A stretch of DNA of 64,000 bases from Ginglymostoma cirratum (Eukaryota): positions 14,217,459 to 14,281,458 of the forward strand of contig JAHRHZ010000275.1 of NCBI GenBank assembly GCA_024137785.1. The letters run 5' to 3'. The position numbers and the translations under genes were made by a program. Positions 52,032 to 64,000 of the stretch are shown piece after piece. Every line of letters begins with the position of its first letter. The first letter of the stretch is position 1. Below the pieces are notes generated by a model. That model saw only the letters and a program-made list of their open reading frames with translations. It did no database searches and was not told the DNA's origin.

Positions 52032-52564
52032 GTTGATGATGGTGCTAATTTTGCTACTATTCAGATGCATACCTTTGATGTCTCTGATTTTTTTTGATCC
52101 TTCCCTGAAACTTACTCTGTGGGTGCTTTTGCTCTCTGTGCCTCTACTATACTAAGTGCGTTACAACTCTTGATCCAAGTTAAAAATTATTGGCAGCAGC
52201 CAGTGACAGACCAAGGGAACAGTGGCTGGTTCAAGCTCCAATCTCAGACATGAGTGTGCAATCTACACTGACAATTCTGGGGCAGTATGAGGGAGTGATG
52301 CATTATTGGAAGTGTCAGTCAGGTTAGATTCTATTTTAAATAGAGCAGGTTAGTCTCCCTCTTTGGTTGACTATAAAATATTTTATTTGAAGGGCTGTGC
52401 AGTGCTTTGTGTCCTGGTCAGTATTTTAATCTTCAACCAGCACCAGTTGAAAACCAGTCACCTATGTAATGAGGTTTATGTTTGAATGGGTTGCCATGTT
52501 TTTATTACCTTAAAAGTCATTAATTGGTCGTAAATACTGTTGCTCGTCCTGAAGTTGTTATCAT

Positions 52565-53518
52565 TTGTAGAGTCATATAACATAGAAACAGACCTTTCAG
52601 TCCACCTTGTCCATGCCAACCAAATTTCCCAAACTAAATGTCCCATTTGCCTGCATTTGGCCCACATCCCTCTAAACCTTTTCCATTTGTGTACCTGTCC
52701 AAAAGTCTCTTAATTGTTGTAATTGTACCTGTACCTACCACTTTGCCTTCTGGCTCATTCCACATGCAAACTACCCTCTGAAAAAAGTTATACCTCAGGT
52801 CCCTTTTTTAAATCTTTCTCCTTGCACCTTAAAAATATGCCCTCTACTTTTGGACTCCCCTACCCTAGAGAAAGGAACTTTTGTTATTCACCTTATCATG
52901 ATCTTATAAACCTCCATAAAGTCACCCCTGAGTCTCCTACACTCCAGTGAAGAAAGTCCTAGTCTATCCAGTCTGTTCTTATAACTCTCTCGCTCCAGTC
53001 TGGGCAACATCCTTGTCAACCTTTTCTGAATCCTCTCCAATTTAGTATTCTAATAGCAGTGCCACCAGAACTGTACACAGTACTCCAGAAGAGGCCTCAC
53101 CAACGTCCTTTACAACCTCAACATGACACCCCCACTCCTATGTTCAGTAGTCTGAGAAATGAAGGTAGGTGTGCTAAATGCTACCCTTGTCATCTTGTCT
53201 ACCTGTGACACAACTTTCAAAGAACTGTGTATGTGAACCCCTGGGTGTCCCTGTTTGACAAAATTACCCAGGGCTCTACCGTTAACTGTAAGTCCTGCTC
53301 TTGTTGTTCTTGCCAAGATGCAACACCTTTCACTTATCCAAATTAAACTCCTCAGCCCATTGACCCAATTGATCATGAATCCTTTGCAATCTTGGATAAC
53401 TTTCAATGTCCGCTATAGCACCAATTTTGGTGTCATCTGCAAATTTACTAACTATCCTTCCTATAATTCTCCTCTAAATCATTTATCTTAATGACATGAA
53501 AAGCGGACCCAGTACCAA
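52565..53518 (-). mobile_element. Older CR1, 3' part (continues 55310-55750)
   Basis: CR1 tail and RT remnants; ggacccagtaccaatt|cctgtggaacact is split by the nested CR1. Confidence 0.85.
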
Positions 53519-53520
53519 TT

Positions 53521-55307
53521 AGAACGTAGAACAATACAGCGCAGAACAGGCCCTTCGGCCCTCGATATTGCGCCGACCTGTGAACTAATCTAAGCCCACC
53601 CCCCTACACTATCCCATCATCATCCATATGCTTATCCAAGGACTGTTTAAATGCACCTAATGTGGCTGAGTTAACTACATTGGCAGGCAGGGCATTCCAC
53701 ACCCTTACCACTCTCCGAGTAAAGAACCTGCCTCTGACATCTGTCTTAAATCTATCACCCCTCAATTTGCAGCTATGCCCCCTCGTACTAGCTGACGTCA
53801 TCATCCTGGGAAAAAGACTCTCACTGTCCACCCTATCTAATCCTCTGATCATTTTGTATGTCTCTATGAAATCCCCTCTTAGCCGCCTTCTCTCCAATGA
53901 GAACAGACCCAAGCCCCTCAGCCTTTCCTCATAAGACCTTCGCTCCAGACCAGGCAACATCCTAGTAAATCTCCTCTCCACCTTTTCCAATGCTTCCACA
54001 TCCTTCCTGTAATGGGGCGACCAGAACTGTATGCAATATTCCAAGTGAGGCCGCACTAGCGATTTGTACAGTTGCAGCATGACATCACGGCTCCGGAACT
54101 CAATCCCCCTACCAATGAAACCTAACACACCGTATGCCTTCTTAACAGCACTGTCAACCTGGGTGGCAACTTTCAGGGATCTGTGTACCTGGACACCAAG
54201 ATCCCTCTGCACATCCACACTACCAAGAATCTTTCCATTGACCCAATGGATATTCTGCCTTCCTATTATTCTTCCCAAGGTGCGTCACCTCACATTTATC
54301 TGCATTGAACTCCATTTGCCACCTTTCAGCCCAATTCTGCAGTTTATCCAAGTCTCCCTGCAACCTGCAACATTCTTCCACACTGTCCACCACTCCACCG
54401 ACTTTAGTGTCATCTGCAAACTTACTAACCCATCCACCTATGTCTGCGTCCAAGTCATTTATAAAAATGACAAACAGCAGTGGTCCCAAAACAGATCCTT
54501 GTAGCACACCACTAGTAACCGGACTCCAGGCTGAATATTTTCCATCAACCACCACTCTTTGCCGCCTTTCAGAAAGCCAGTTTCTAATCCAAACTGCTAA
54601 ATCTCCCTCAATCCCATGCCTCTGCATTTTCTCCAATAGCCTACCATGTGGAACCTTCTCAAAGGCTTTACTGAAGTCCATGTACGCCACGTCAACTGCC
54701 CTACCCTCATCCAAGTGCTTGGTCACCTTCTCAAAAAACTCAATGAGGTTTATGAGACACAGCCTGCCCTTGACGAATCCATGTTGAATATCTCCCATCA
54801 AATTGTTGCTTGCTAGATGATTATAAATCCTATCTCTTTTATAATCCTTTCCAAAACTTTTCCTACAACAGATGTAAGGCTCACTGGTCTATAATTACCT
54901 AGGTTATCTCTACTGCCCTTCTTGAACAAGGGCACAACATTTGCAATCCTCCAGTCCTCTGGTTCTAAACCTGTAGACAATGACAACTCAAAGATCAAGG
55001 CCAAAGGCTCTGCCATCTCCTCCCTAGCTTCCCAGAGAATCCTCGGAAAAATCCCATCTGGCCCAGGGGATTTATCTACCTTCACTCCTTCTAGGATTGA
55101 TAACACCTCCTTACTAACCTCAATCCTTTCAAGTCTAATAGCCCGTATCTCAGTCTTCTCCACTACAATATTCTCCTTTTCCTGAGTGAAAACAGATGAG
55201 AAATATTTATTTAGCATCTCTCCGATCTCCACAGGGTCCACACACAACTTCCCACTTCTGTCTTTGACTGGCCCTATTCTTACCCTAGTCACCCTTTTTA
55301 TTCCCCA
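53521..55307 (-). mobile_element. Young 5'-truncated CR1 LINE nested in an older CR1; ORF2 RT with two frameshifts
   Basis: KSPGPDGI, NYRPVSLTSVVGKVLE, QHGFVKGR, DFSKAFEKVPH, QGSVLGPLLF, KFADDTK, LVRPHLEYC, VWNALP. Confidence 0.95.
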
Positions 55308-55309
55308 CA

Positions 55310-55750
55310 ATTCCTGTGGAACACTGCTGATCACAGGACTCCAGTCCAAAAGGCAACCCTCCACCTCCACTGTCTCCTACCATAAAGCCAAATTTGTATC
55401 CAGTTGGATATCTCTCCCTGAATCCCATGTGACCTAACTTTACTAACCAGTCTACTGTGCTGAACCTTGTCCAAGGCTTTACTAAAGTCCATGTAGACAA
55501 TGTCTACCACTCTGCTCTCATCTTTTGATCATGCCCTCAAAAAACTCAATCATGTCAGTGAGACACTGTATCTCAGGCACAAAGCCACGCTGACTATCCT
55601 TAGTCAGTTCTTGTCTCTCCAAATGCATGTAAATTCTATTGCTCAGAATCCCCTCCAACAACTTGCCCATAGTTGATATTAGACTCACCGGTCTATAGTT
55701 CTCAGGCTTCTCCTTACAGCCTGCTTTAAATATAGACACAACATTAGCAT
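55310..55750 (-). mobile_element. Older CR1, 5' part
   Basis: ENYRPVSLISTMGKLLE..SQRGFV..EFFE. Confidence 0.8.
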
Positions 55751-56459
55751 TTGACTACAAAGGCAAGCCTTTTCTGATTTGCAGCATTGCACGAATGTGT
55801 GGTGATACCCCAAGGAGCTATACCAAACAAATTTGAAAGCGAGATCCCAGCAGACATCTAGACAGATGACCAGAAATTTAGTCAGACGTATGTTTTAAGG
55901 AATAACTTAGAGCATGGGAGAGGTTGGCGAGGGAATTCCACACTTGACATTCAAGTGAGTGAAAACAGCACTGAGACAATGAAAAATCAGAATTAATGAC
56001 TAAAGGGTTCTCGAGCTGGAAGAGTTAGAGATTGGCAAGGACAGTTCCATGGAGGAATATGAAAACCAGGATGATGGGTTTAAAATTGAGCCTTGCCCTA
56101 TTTTCTTTATCCTCTGGTTTGAAACATAATTAGCAATTAAAACCACTAAAATACCTCTTACTTTCCGGGACTGCTTAGTCAGTATTCTACTACATTATGC
56201 ACTAGTGCTTGGGTGACACCTAGTGATGGATATGTAGAATTCCCGTGGAGTGTGACAGTGGTATCATAGAGTCATGGAATCATACAGCGTGGAAACAGAC
56301 CCTTCGGTCCAACCAGTCTATGCCAAACATAATTCCAACCTAAACTACTCCCACCTGCCTGCTCCTGGCCCAAACCTTTCCTTTTCATATATATCCATCC
56401 AGTCAGGTGGGCAATTTTGATCTTGTTCTGTTTCCAAATCTTAAAAAAAATTTTCACAA

Positions 56460-56945
56460 CCTCCATGACCTGAAGTATTTCAAAACCAATTTACAACTAC
56501 TTGAAGTACAGTAGCTGTTATGTAGGGAAATATGGCTACTAAATTATACATAGCAAGCTCCCACAATGTGATCACCAAGCTCATCTATTCTAATGTAACT
56601 GGCTTAGGAATAGGTATTAGCTAGGTTTCAGTTCATGTTTACATGTCTTGAGCTAAGCATGCAGGTAATCTGCTTTGGATGATGTTGGTTGAAGGAGGAC
56701 TGTTGACCAGATTACTGAACTCCTGCCACTCTTCAAATAATCGGAATCTTTCAATATCCACTTGATCCATCTAAAAGGTCAGGTTGGGTCTTGGACTAAG
56801 CTATTAATTGGAGGATGACACTGCAAACAGTACACAGCTCCATCAGTACCACATTCAAGTAGCAACCTACATTTCATGCTCGTTTTTGTGGTCAATAATT
56901 TGCTGTCCTGACTTGAAGTGAAATGATGCCAGCTAAGCCATGACT
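56460..56945 (-). mobile_element. Degenerate Deu-domain SINE
   Basis: Reverse Deu-SINE motifs (tgtagggaaatatggc, cagcaagctcccaca-like, catcagtacc, ctaagccatgac). Confidence 0.45.
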
Positions 56946-57289
56946 TTGCAAGACCCTTCTTGCTATCGTGGTGCTTTCCTAGATTCAGGTAAAGATTTGA
57001 AAATACTGATGCATCCAGTGAATGTGTACTGTTACCAGGCTGTGTGATGGAGGAGTCTTGCAGTGAGAAACAAATTGTTCATGCTGAGGTTATCCCAGCC
57101 CAAAAAGTTCTGCAGATGCAGTTGGTATTTTTCCCCAAGTGATTTGGCTATGAAATGGAGGCTAAAGAAGAATATTTGCTGCAGCCTTTTACCTTCCTAA
57201 ATCTCTCTCCCCTCCTGACCAACTCTCCCACCTAAAAGTTATGGCTCCTCCCTTTTGCCTGTTTGTCTTGTGGCCTGGACTTCTGATGT

Positions 57290-59345
57290 CCCTTAAAGGG
57301 AATTACAATGAAATGAAGATAGAGTTGGTGGATAGATTTGCAGGAATGAAAATAAGCAACTAGTAGCAGACATTTTTAAGAAGGTAATTACTGACTCTCA
57401 GCAAAAATACATTCCAGTAAGCAGGAAAGTCTCACGGATAAACTGACCATGGCAGTTAAGGAGAGTATAAAGTTGAAAGAAAAGGCATGTATAAAGAGGC
57501 CCCAGTGATAAACCTGAAGATGGGTAAATTCAGAATCCAGCAAAGGAAGAATAAAAAGGTGATGAAGATAACAAATAAACTACGAGGCAAACTAGTGATG
57601 AATATAAAAACTGACAATAACAGCATATTTAATTGTATAAAAAGGAAGAGAGATCAAAGTGAACGTAGGCCCATTTGAAAATGAACGTTGAGAGATGGTT
57701 TTGGGGAACAAGGACATGGTGGAGGAGTTAAGTATATTTGCATCAGTCGTTCTCTTTGAACATCCCATTTATACTAAAGGAATTGGGGGGAGGAATCAAG
57801 TCCCATCACCATCCCTAGGGAAGTAATAAACTTATGGGGCTAAAGGCAGATAATTCCCTGAGCCTGATGGCTTGCATCCTAGGATCCTAAAAGAAGTAGC
57901 TACAGAGATATTGGATGCATTAGGTTGTAATTTTCCAAACACTGGATTCTGGAGTAGTATTGAAGGATTGGTATACAAATAATATGACCCCCCCTGTTCA
58001 AAAAGGGAGGCAAAAAGTGGGTAACTATAGCCTGATTGGCCTAACATCAATTGTTAGAAAAGTACTGCAATCAATTGTTAAGGAAGTAATAGGACATTCT
58101 AAAATTCATAACCAACTTGATCAGAGTTAGCATGTATTCATGAAAAAGAAAAGCGTCTGTCTAATTATTGGTATTTTTCGAGGAAGTTTCAACCAGTGTG
58201 GATAAATGACAACCTGTAGATGTCCCGGAAGTGGTGTTATGTTTGGACTTCCAGAAGGTGTTCAACAAGATACCTCATCAAAAGTGGTCATAAGAGCCCA
58301 CGCTGTTGCAGCTAGTTATATTGGCATGGATAGAGAATTGGCTAGTGGACAGGAAACAGCAAGTGAAGATAAATAGGACCTTTTCAGGTTGGCAATCTAT
58401 GACCAGTGGGGTCCCACAGGGATCAGTGCTGGAACCATAACTGTTTAATATATTAAGATTTGGAGGAAGGACGTGAATATACTGTAACCAAATTTGCAGA
58501 CGACACAAAAATTAGGTGGAAAGGCAGATTGTGAGAGATACAGTTTGTGGAAAGATATTGATAGCTTAAGTAAGTGGGCAAAAAGTTGGCGAAGGAGTTG
58601 TAATGTGGCAAAGTATGATTTGCAAAGGGAGCACAAAAGAACAGACTATTATTTAAATGGAGAAAAACTGCAGAAAGCTGCAACACAGAAGGACTTGGGG
58701 GTACTTGTACACAAAACACGAAGTTCACACGTGTACAGCAGGTAATCAGGAAGGCTAACGGGATGTTGGTCCTTCAAGGGGGTTGGAGTATGAGAGTAAG
58801 GAAGCCTTACTGCAACTGTACAAGGTGCTAGTGAGTCTATACCTGGAGTATTGAGCAGTTCTTGTCCCCTTATTTAGGAAAGATTTCACTATATTGGATG
58901 CCGTTCAGAGAAGGTTCACCGGATGATCTCTGGTTTGAAGGGATTGTCTTATGAGCAAAGGCAAGTTGGGACTCACTAGAGTTTTGAAGAATGAGAGGTG
59001 ATCTTAGTGAATCATACAGGATGTTTAATAGTGTAAACACTGGGAGGATGTTCCCCCTCATGGAAGACCCTAGGACCAGAGGGCATAGTCTCACAATAAA
59101 GGCCTACCAAGTAAAGACATGAGAAATTTCTTAGCGGGTTATGAATGGAACTCTTTGCCACAGTGTTGTGGAGGCAGAGTCCTTGTGTATATTTAAGGCT
59201 GACGTAGGCCCTTGATCAGCAAGGGGTTCAAGGGTTATGGGGGGAAATCTCTGGAAAATGGAAGTGAGGAATATCTGATCAGCCACGATCTTATTGAATG
59301 GTGAAGTAAGCTGAAGGGGCTGAATGGCCTACTCCTTTCCCTATT
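57290..59345 (+). mobile_element. Long degraded CR1 ORF2 remnant
   Basis: PEPDGLHPRILKEVA, NYS.I.LTSIV, GVPQGSVL, KFADDTKLGG and CR1 tail; many stops. Confidence 0.85.
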
Positions 59346-60374
59346 TCCTGCAGCCTTGGTGATTTGAGACCATAAGATCATTTCTGATTTCTTGCATCTC
59401 TCTTCATTTTCAATCCCCTCCCCACTCCTACTTTTTGTATCTGCCACTGGGAGAGGGAAATGTTTCCCTCGAGGCACTTTGTCTTCCAAACTCTTAACTA
59501 AACTAACCTTTGCCCTCCATGTAGCATGACATTTCTGTAGCCGTTGATCTGCTTAATCATTCCGTCACTTTTTTTGTGACAGTCTTCCCCCAAGTAGAGA
59601 TTTTTTTTTTTTGATCTCTCCTATCCAGTCTCACCAAGGCTCCATATAACTGAGTCAGATGTCTTTATTCCAATAATACTCGAGCTGTGGTAATAAAGAC
59701 CAACAAACCATTTGCTTTGTTAATTGCTTGCTGTACAAATATGTTAGCTTTGTGAATCATAAACCAGGACACCCAGATCCCTTTTGAAGTTCAACATGTC
59801 CCAGTTCCCCTCCATTTGAGAACTACTGTGTTTTGGTTTTTCCTACCAAAATGGATAATCTGGCAGAATAGAGAAATTATTCGTTAGATCTGGCTGGGCC
59901 ATATAAAGCCACCACTGAATCCTACTATTCCTGTTAAAACTGCTGAGTAATCAATAATCCTGGAATGTAAAGTTAATCAAGTGTATTGATTTAACCCTTC
60001 TGCTTATTACCACCAATAAGGGGTGTGGGATTTTTTTTTACTAATACGGCTGAGTCCATCCATCCAGTTGCCTGTTTCTCTCGTTGCACAACTTAGCTCT
60101 GATCTTGTGTTCTTTTTTGATTTTTATCTCCAAATTCCTCATTTTGCTGTCTAAATTCTTCCTGTCCACCAGACCCATCTCCTGCTCCCCTTGGCCCCAT
60201 TGCTACTAAACTGCTGACCAACTTACTCCCTGTACCCTGTATTAACTGATATATGATAAAGTTCTCCATTCTTTAAAAGTATAGGTCTGTGCTTTTCAAA
60301 AAAAAAACATCATTTCACCCCTGCAAGTAAAGACCTTCACCTTTTCCGCTCTTGCCAAATACTATCCCATTTGT

Positions 60375-60725
60375 GGGCGGCGGTGATCTAGTGGTATTAT
60401 CTCAGGACTGATAATTCAGAGACCCAGGTAATGTTCTTTGGACCTGGGTTTGAATCCTGTTGTGGCAAATGGTGGGATTTGAATTCAATTATTTAAAAAA
60501 ATCTGGAATTAAGAGACTAATAATGACCATGAAACCATTGTCAATTGTTGGAAAAACCCATCTGGTTCACTAATGTCCTTTTTAGGGAAGGAATCTACCA
60601 TCCCTACCTGGTCTAGACTACATGTGACTACAGATCCACTGCAATGTGGTTGACTCTCAACAGCCCTCTGGGATGGGCAATGACTGGTCAAGCCAGTGAT
60701 GCTCCGATCCCATGAAAGGAATTTT
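60375..60725 (+). mobile_element. tRNA-derived SINE inserted in an old L2-like remnant (~60060-61550)
   Basis: A-box-like ggtgatctagtgg, B-box-like gggtttgaatcc; 3' tail gccagtgatgc..atcccatgaa resembles the LINE tail at 13870. Confidence 0.65.
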
Positions 60726-61581
60726 TTAAATTCAGTCTTCCTTAAGTTCCTGATTGTGTTATCACCCAAATCCACATCCATCTTTCGTGTAGCTGTGTAT
60801 CTGAATCCTGCAACAGGGTTTCTGCCAAGGCCACAATACTGAATTGGCCTTAGTCAAAGTCCCAAATAGCATCTTAGTTGACTGGAGCCATGTTTACCAT
60901 ATCATCCCTTGTAATCCTCCTTCATCTCATTTAGTTCTCCACCTGCATATTGAAGCTCAACTCTCCAGCCTCCTAGTTTAGTTTGGGATTATGATCGGCA
61001 TGGACTGGTTGGACTGAAGGGTCTGTTTCCATGCTCTGTGACTGCAGCCTTGAAACAGTTGAATAGACTGACCTCCTCCCAGTGTCTGTTCTGTTTTCCA
61101 GCTTGAGACTGCTCTATGTAGCTCCATGTATTCTCTATCACAAGCATTGCCTTCTACTATCTCTAATTATGCCTATCTGTTCCTTGTCTCAGCATTCTGC
61201 TATTGAAACCCTCACGTGCTTTTGTTACCTCCAGACTTGACTATTGCAATACTCCCCAGGTTCGTTTTCTACTTGGCAGCCTTAAATCAGCATCCAAAAT
61301 TCTGCCTGTACTCCTGAATTGTAATAAGTCCTGATAACTCTTGTTCCCTGTGCTTGTTGACCTAGATGGACTGCAAACAAAGCACATTTCAAATTTACAA
61401 GTTGGCTGTTCCCAACTCTCTAATTCTTGCAAACCACTCTAGTTCTGCCTTTCTGCAATTCTGGCCTCTTAGCACCCTTTATTCTGCCTTGGTAACTGTA
61501 CTTTCAGCTATCTCTCCCCCAAGGTCTGGAATTCTCATCGTAAATGTCTACCGTTTATTAAAAATAGCTTTTATTTTTCAG

Positions 61582-63262
61582 GTGTCATCCAAATCCTCAA
61601 CAGATGAGCCTCGACTGCTTGATGTTCATCTAGAATGTTGGAACTCTCAATCAGTTACCCAAGCTGCACAAGCGATTGAAACTACAAACAGTGTGTGTGG
61701 ACTGCTGGACGTAGAGGAGGTGAGAGATGTGTGGGCTGAGCCTCCCAATGGACGTGCCTCATTCCCCAGTCAAGCATTGCCCCATGGGGATCGAGGGGGT
61801 GATGATTACCAAAGGTTTGTGACAACAGCCTCCACACCAAACCTCTCCTCCACCCCGATCCATCCACTATACCGCGGTTCCGATATACCGAGCAACCATT
61901 GCACTGAGACTTCTGCTCTGGATTGTCAGCGTGCGGGCACCAATCTCCGGCTTGTGAGGAGGGCCAGCAGTGCTGGGGAGAGCCACTTGGCTTTCCAACA
62001 CCGACCGACTGCTGAGAGTGATGGTGATTTCCTAACAATACCAGGGGTTTCCAGCTATCAAAACTCCACTGGCCGAGATGCCAGCTCCATACAATCTGAA
62101 CGACTAGATGAGGAAATACGGAACTCGCAGGTTGCAGTAAACTTGAGATCTAGCATGACTGAAGGCATATATGAGCATATCGTGCTTGCTGGTGAGGAGA
62201 GATTGGCTGAAGAACAACAGGACTTTACATGCAGTCCAGGGAAGATGAGTATTGCCACTTTCCAGTCGAGTGGTCAAGCTGAAGAGAAACATCAACGTGG
62301 CAACCTAAGCCCCCACGAGGATGCTGAGAGCCAAGAAACGTGGGAGGAGAAAGCCAGCTCCGTTCATGTCACCAAGACTGGCCTGATGTCAGGCCAGAAT
62401 TCTCCACCTTTGCCCAAACAGGAATTGAAAACTGTCAAGTCATTGGATGAGAGGCTTGTGTTGCCTGAGAAAGCATACAAGAAGCTGAAGAATGATTGGG
62501 AAGAATGCAGCAAGAGGGACAGCTGCTTGGCTCCTGACAGTGATTTGAGTTCTTGCGGGCTGGGGGGTTTTGTTTCTGAGGAGAATCTTCGGTTCAGTGG
62601 CGACGAAGCTCCTGATCGCTACTGCTTGATGGAGAACAGTCACTTGGACTGGAACGTCTCCGTTAATTCTTACTCTGAGTCACATGAATCTGTCCCGGAC
62701 AAACTGTCCGAGGAGGTGGATGAGATCTGGAATGACCTGGAGGACTACATCAGGAAAAGTGAGAAGACCAGGCGGGACCGTCTGCCTGCAGCTTTCCCAG
62801 TCAGTGAAGATGACCTGCGTGGACCTGTTAGCTCCCGGGGCAGTCGGAAGGAAAGGTCACTTGCTTGCTCAACGAAGGTGAGCCCTAGCTTTGTTGAAGC
62901 AGTGAAGAGCAAATCTGGCAGACTGAGCAGTAGTAGTGTCAAGACGGACAACAGCCAGCCAAGTGGGGAAGCATCAGCGATAACTGCGAGTGTTGCCTCC
63001 TTCTTGGATGGTGAGGCAATTGAGACAGAGAGTTTATGGGGCAGTACTAATGCTGAGACTGTTCAGGATCTAGACATCATGGATCGAACTAAACGCAGAG
63101 TCTATTACATGGCCCGGCAGTATAGCCAAAAAATCAAGAAGGCCAATCAGCTGCTCAAGATGAAGAACACATCAGAGCAATCACCCTCTGATCAACCCAA
63201 GAGAAAGTGCAAGGACCTGGTGGCTATTTTGGAGGAAAAGAAACAGGGCGGCACTGCTATTG
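61582..63262 (+). CDS. PLEKHG1: PLEKHG1-like large exon (1681 nt); gene continues beyond the window
   Basis: ttcAG|GTG...ATT G|GTATGT; LVRRASSAGES, DKLSEEVDEIWNDLEDYIRK, RDRLPAAFPVS, MARQYSQKIKKANQLLK, KDLVAILEEKKQGG match recalled PLEKHG1 blocks. Confidence 0.93.
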
Positions 63263-64000
63263 GTATGTAGAATCATCCCAAAACCTTCTCTTTGACAGAT
63301 GAGCTTCCTATGCTATCTTAATGACCTACTTTCACCTCTAACATTGCCTATCTCTGCCCCTCACTCAATTCCTGTGCCTAATTAACCCCAGACTTTTCTT
63401 TTCTTACCAAAAGCTATGCCAAAATTCTGTTGCTTGTATCCTAAATCACATCAATTGCTATTTGCCCATCATTCATGTGTTCCTTGACCATCAGTAGCTC
63501 CCCAAGCAATATTCGTACTTGTTTCCATGTTCTTCCTCCTCCCCTTCATATCACTGTAATCACCTTCAACTTTATAACTCACAGAATCACAGAAGATATA
63601 GTTCCGATTCCTTGTGCATGCCTGATTTTAATGAGTCTGCCATTGTTGGCTAAAATGGTTTAAACGTGATTGGGAGGGGGTTGGGAACCTGAAAGAAGCT
63701 CCAGATCGGAGACAATAAAAACTGCTAACAAAGTAGAAGAGCAAGAAAAATCTGACAGATGAAGTAAAGGCAAACAGCAAATAGGAACAGAATGCCAGAT
63801 TAAAAGCACTCTTATCAGAATGCACATTGCATTCTGAATGAGGTTGATTTGAAGGCTTAGATTGACTAAATATATAATTTTGTTGTAATCACAAAGATGT
63901 GGCTACAGGGTGATCAAGATTGAGGACTGAAAATTCAAGAATATTTGTCATGTTAGAAGTATTTGGCAAAAAGGAAAAGGTGGGATAATGCTCTTGAGGC

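Noticed and set aside
51622-52155. 177-aa ORF
   Set aside because: Alternate frame over the real exon and a GT microsatellite; no recognisable homology
61366-61581. N-terminal 72 codons of the 634-aa ORF
   Set aside because: Intronic L2-like remnant upstream of the acceptor at 61580-61581
1-64000. CRISPR array, operon or prokaryotic defence system
   Set aside because: Spliced vertebrate gene with retroelements; no regularly spaced repeats or prokaryotic gene organisation seen

Overview
Vertebrate genomic DNA. The repeat content (HE1-like V-SINE, Deu-domain SINEs, CR1/HER1-like LINEs, abundant Penelope-like elements) points to a shark. The window carries most of a PLEKHG1-like DH-PH RhoGEF gene on the + strand: 15 phase-consistent coding exons traced from 5069 to 63262, including a 17-nt microexon. 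The first exon and the 3' end are not resolved or lie outside the window. Introns are packed with retroelements: a young Neptune-type Penelope-like element (PLE) with an open RT/GIY-YIG frame and a 13-bp TSD, Poseidon-type PLEs, nested CR1s, Rex1/Babar fragments and SINEs. The most notable signals are (i) minimal hammerhead-ribozyme cores in at least three PLE pseudo-LTR families, two of them intact and sense to the pre-mRNA, (ii) short fold-back elements made only of inverted pseudo-LTR ends, (iii) a PLE that carries an inverted copy of its own insertion junction inside its RT, and (iv) a perfect 71-bp inverted duplication with templated filler. I see no clearly new gene system. Repeat boundaries are by eye and approximate, and family names come from recalled consensus motifs, not from searches.
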